A DNA stretch of 37,897 nucleotides from NCBI GenBank assembly GCA_016930515.1, contig JAFGGO010000166.1:1-37897 (forward strand), given 5' to 3'. The translations under genes and the position numbers were made by a program. A model generated the notes under the pieces. It was not told the DNA's origin and did not search any database. It was given only the letters and a program-made list of their open reading frames with translations. This document shows positions 37,729 to 37,897 of the stretch, in pieces. The stretch's first letter is position 1; each line of letters begins with the position of its first letter. Source of the stretch: Promethearchaeota archaeon (lineage in GTDB: Archaea > Asgardarchaeota > Lokiarchaeia > Sigyniarchaeales > SOKP01).

Positions 37729-37897
37729 ATCCTATATAAATGGGTTTGGCGGTTTTCGTGACCATATCATTCTCAAAACCTTTGTTTTGTAAAGAATTGA
37801 AACCAACCTTTAAATCACGCAACTTAAATGAAGGGATATTGTTCAATTCGTTAGAAAGACGTGATATTTGCAAGAATGAAGTGTCATTACTATTAAA
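37729..37897 (-). promoter_or_regulatory. Conserved upstream module, copy C (runs off the window end)
   Basis: Minus strand reads ...GTTTCAATTCTTTACAAAACAAAGGTTTTGAGAATGATATGGTCACGAAAACCGCCAAACCCATTTATATAGGAT, directly upstream of the peptidase. Confidence 0.8.

Overview
AT-rich archaeal window, most likely from an Asgard (Lokiarchaeia-type) genome. This is inferred from GGTGA ribosome-binding sites, TTTATAAA-type TATA boxes, an archaeosortase, longin-like domains and many Zn-finger and beta-helix surface proteins. The left part (1-27.2 kb) is mostly intact genes: an archaeosortase next to a PGF-tailed substrate; the two-gene homocysteine-synthesis module with a divergent HTH-CBS regulator and a 17-bp operator-like palindrome; a PHP-type hydrolase; three unannotated tandem Zn-ribbon microproteins; a SIR2-TPR protein; an SDR; an EamA transporter; an operon of an MFS-longin fusion and an NPRL2/uDENN-like longin-wHTH protein; a response regulator; fumarase alpha/beta with an Ldh2-type dehydrogenase; a large beta-helix surface protein; and an ABC exporter. 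The right part (27.3-37.9 kb) is a plastic region with LRR and EamA gene fragments, two PemK/MazF TA modules (one broken), an Ig-TM-RING-like receptor plus a double-wHTH regulator, a beta-helix protein, a B-box-TM microprotein and a secreted caspase/legumain-fold peptidase. It carries five copies of a conserved non-coding promoter-like module. No rRNA, tRNA, CRISPR array, transposase or integrase was recognised. All family calls come from motif reading, not database searches.
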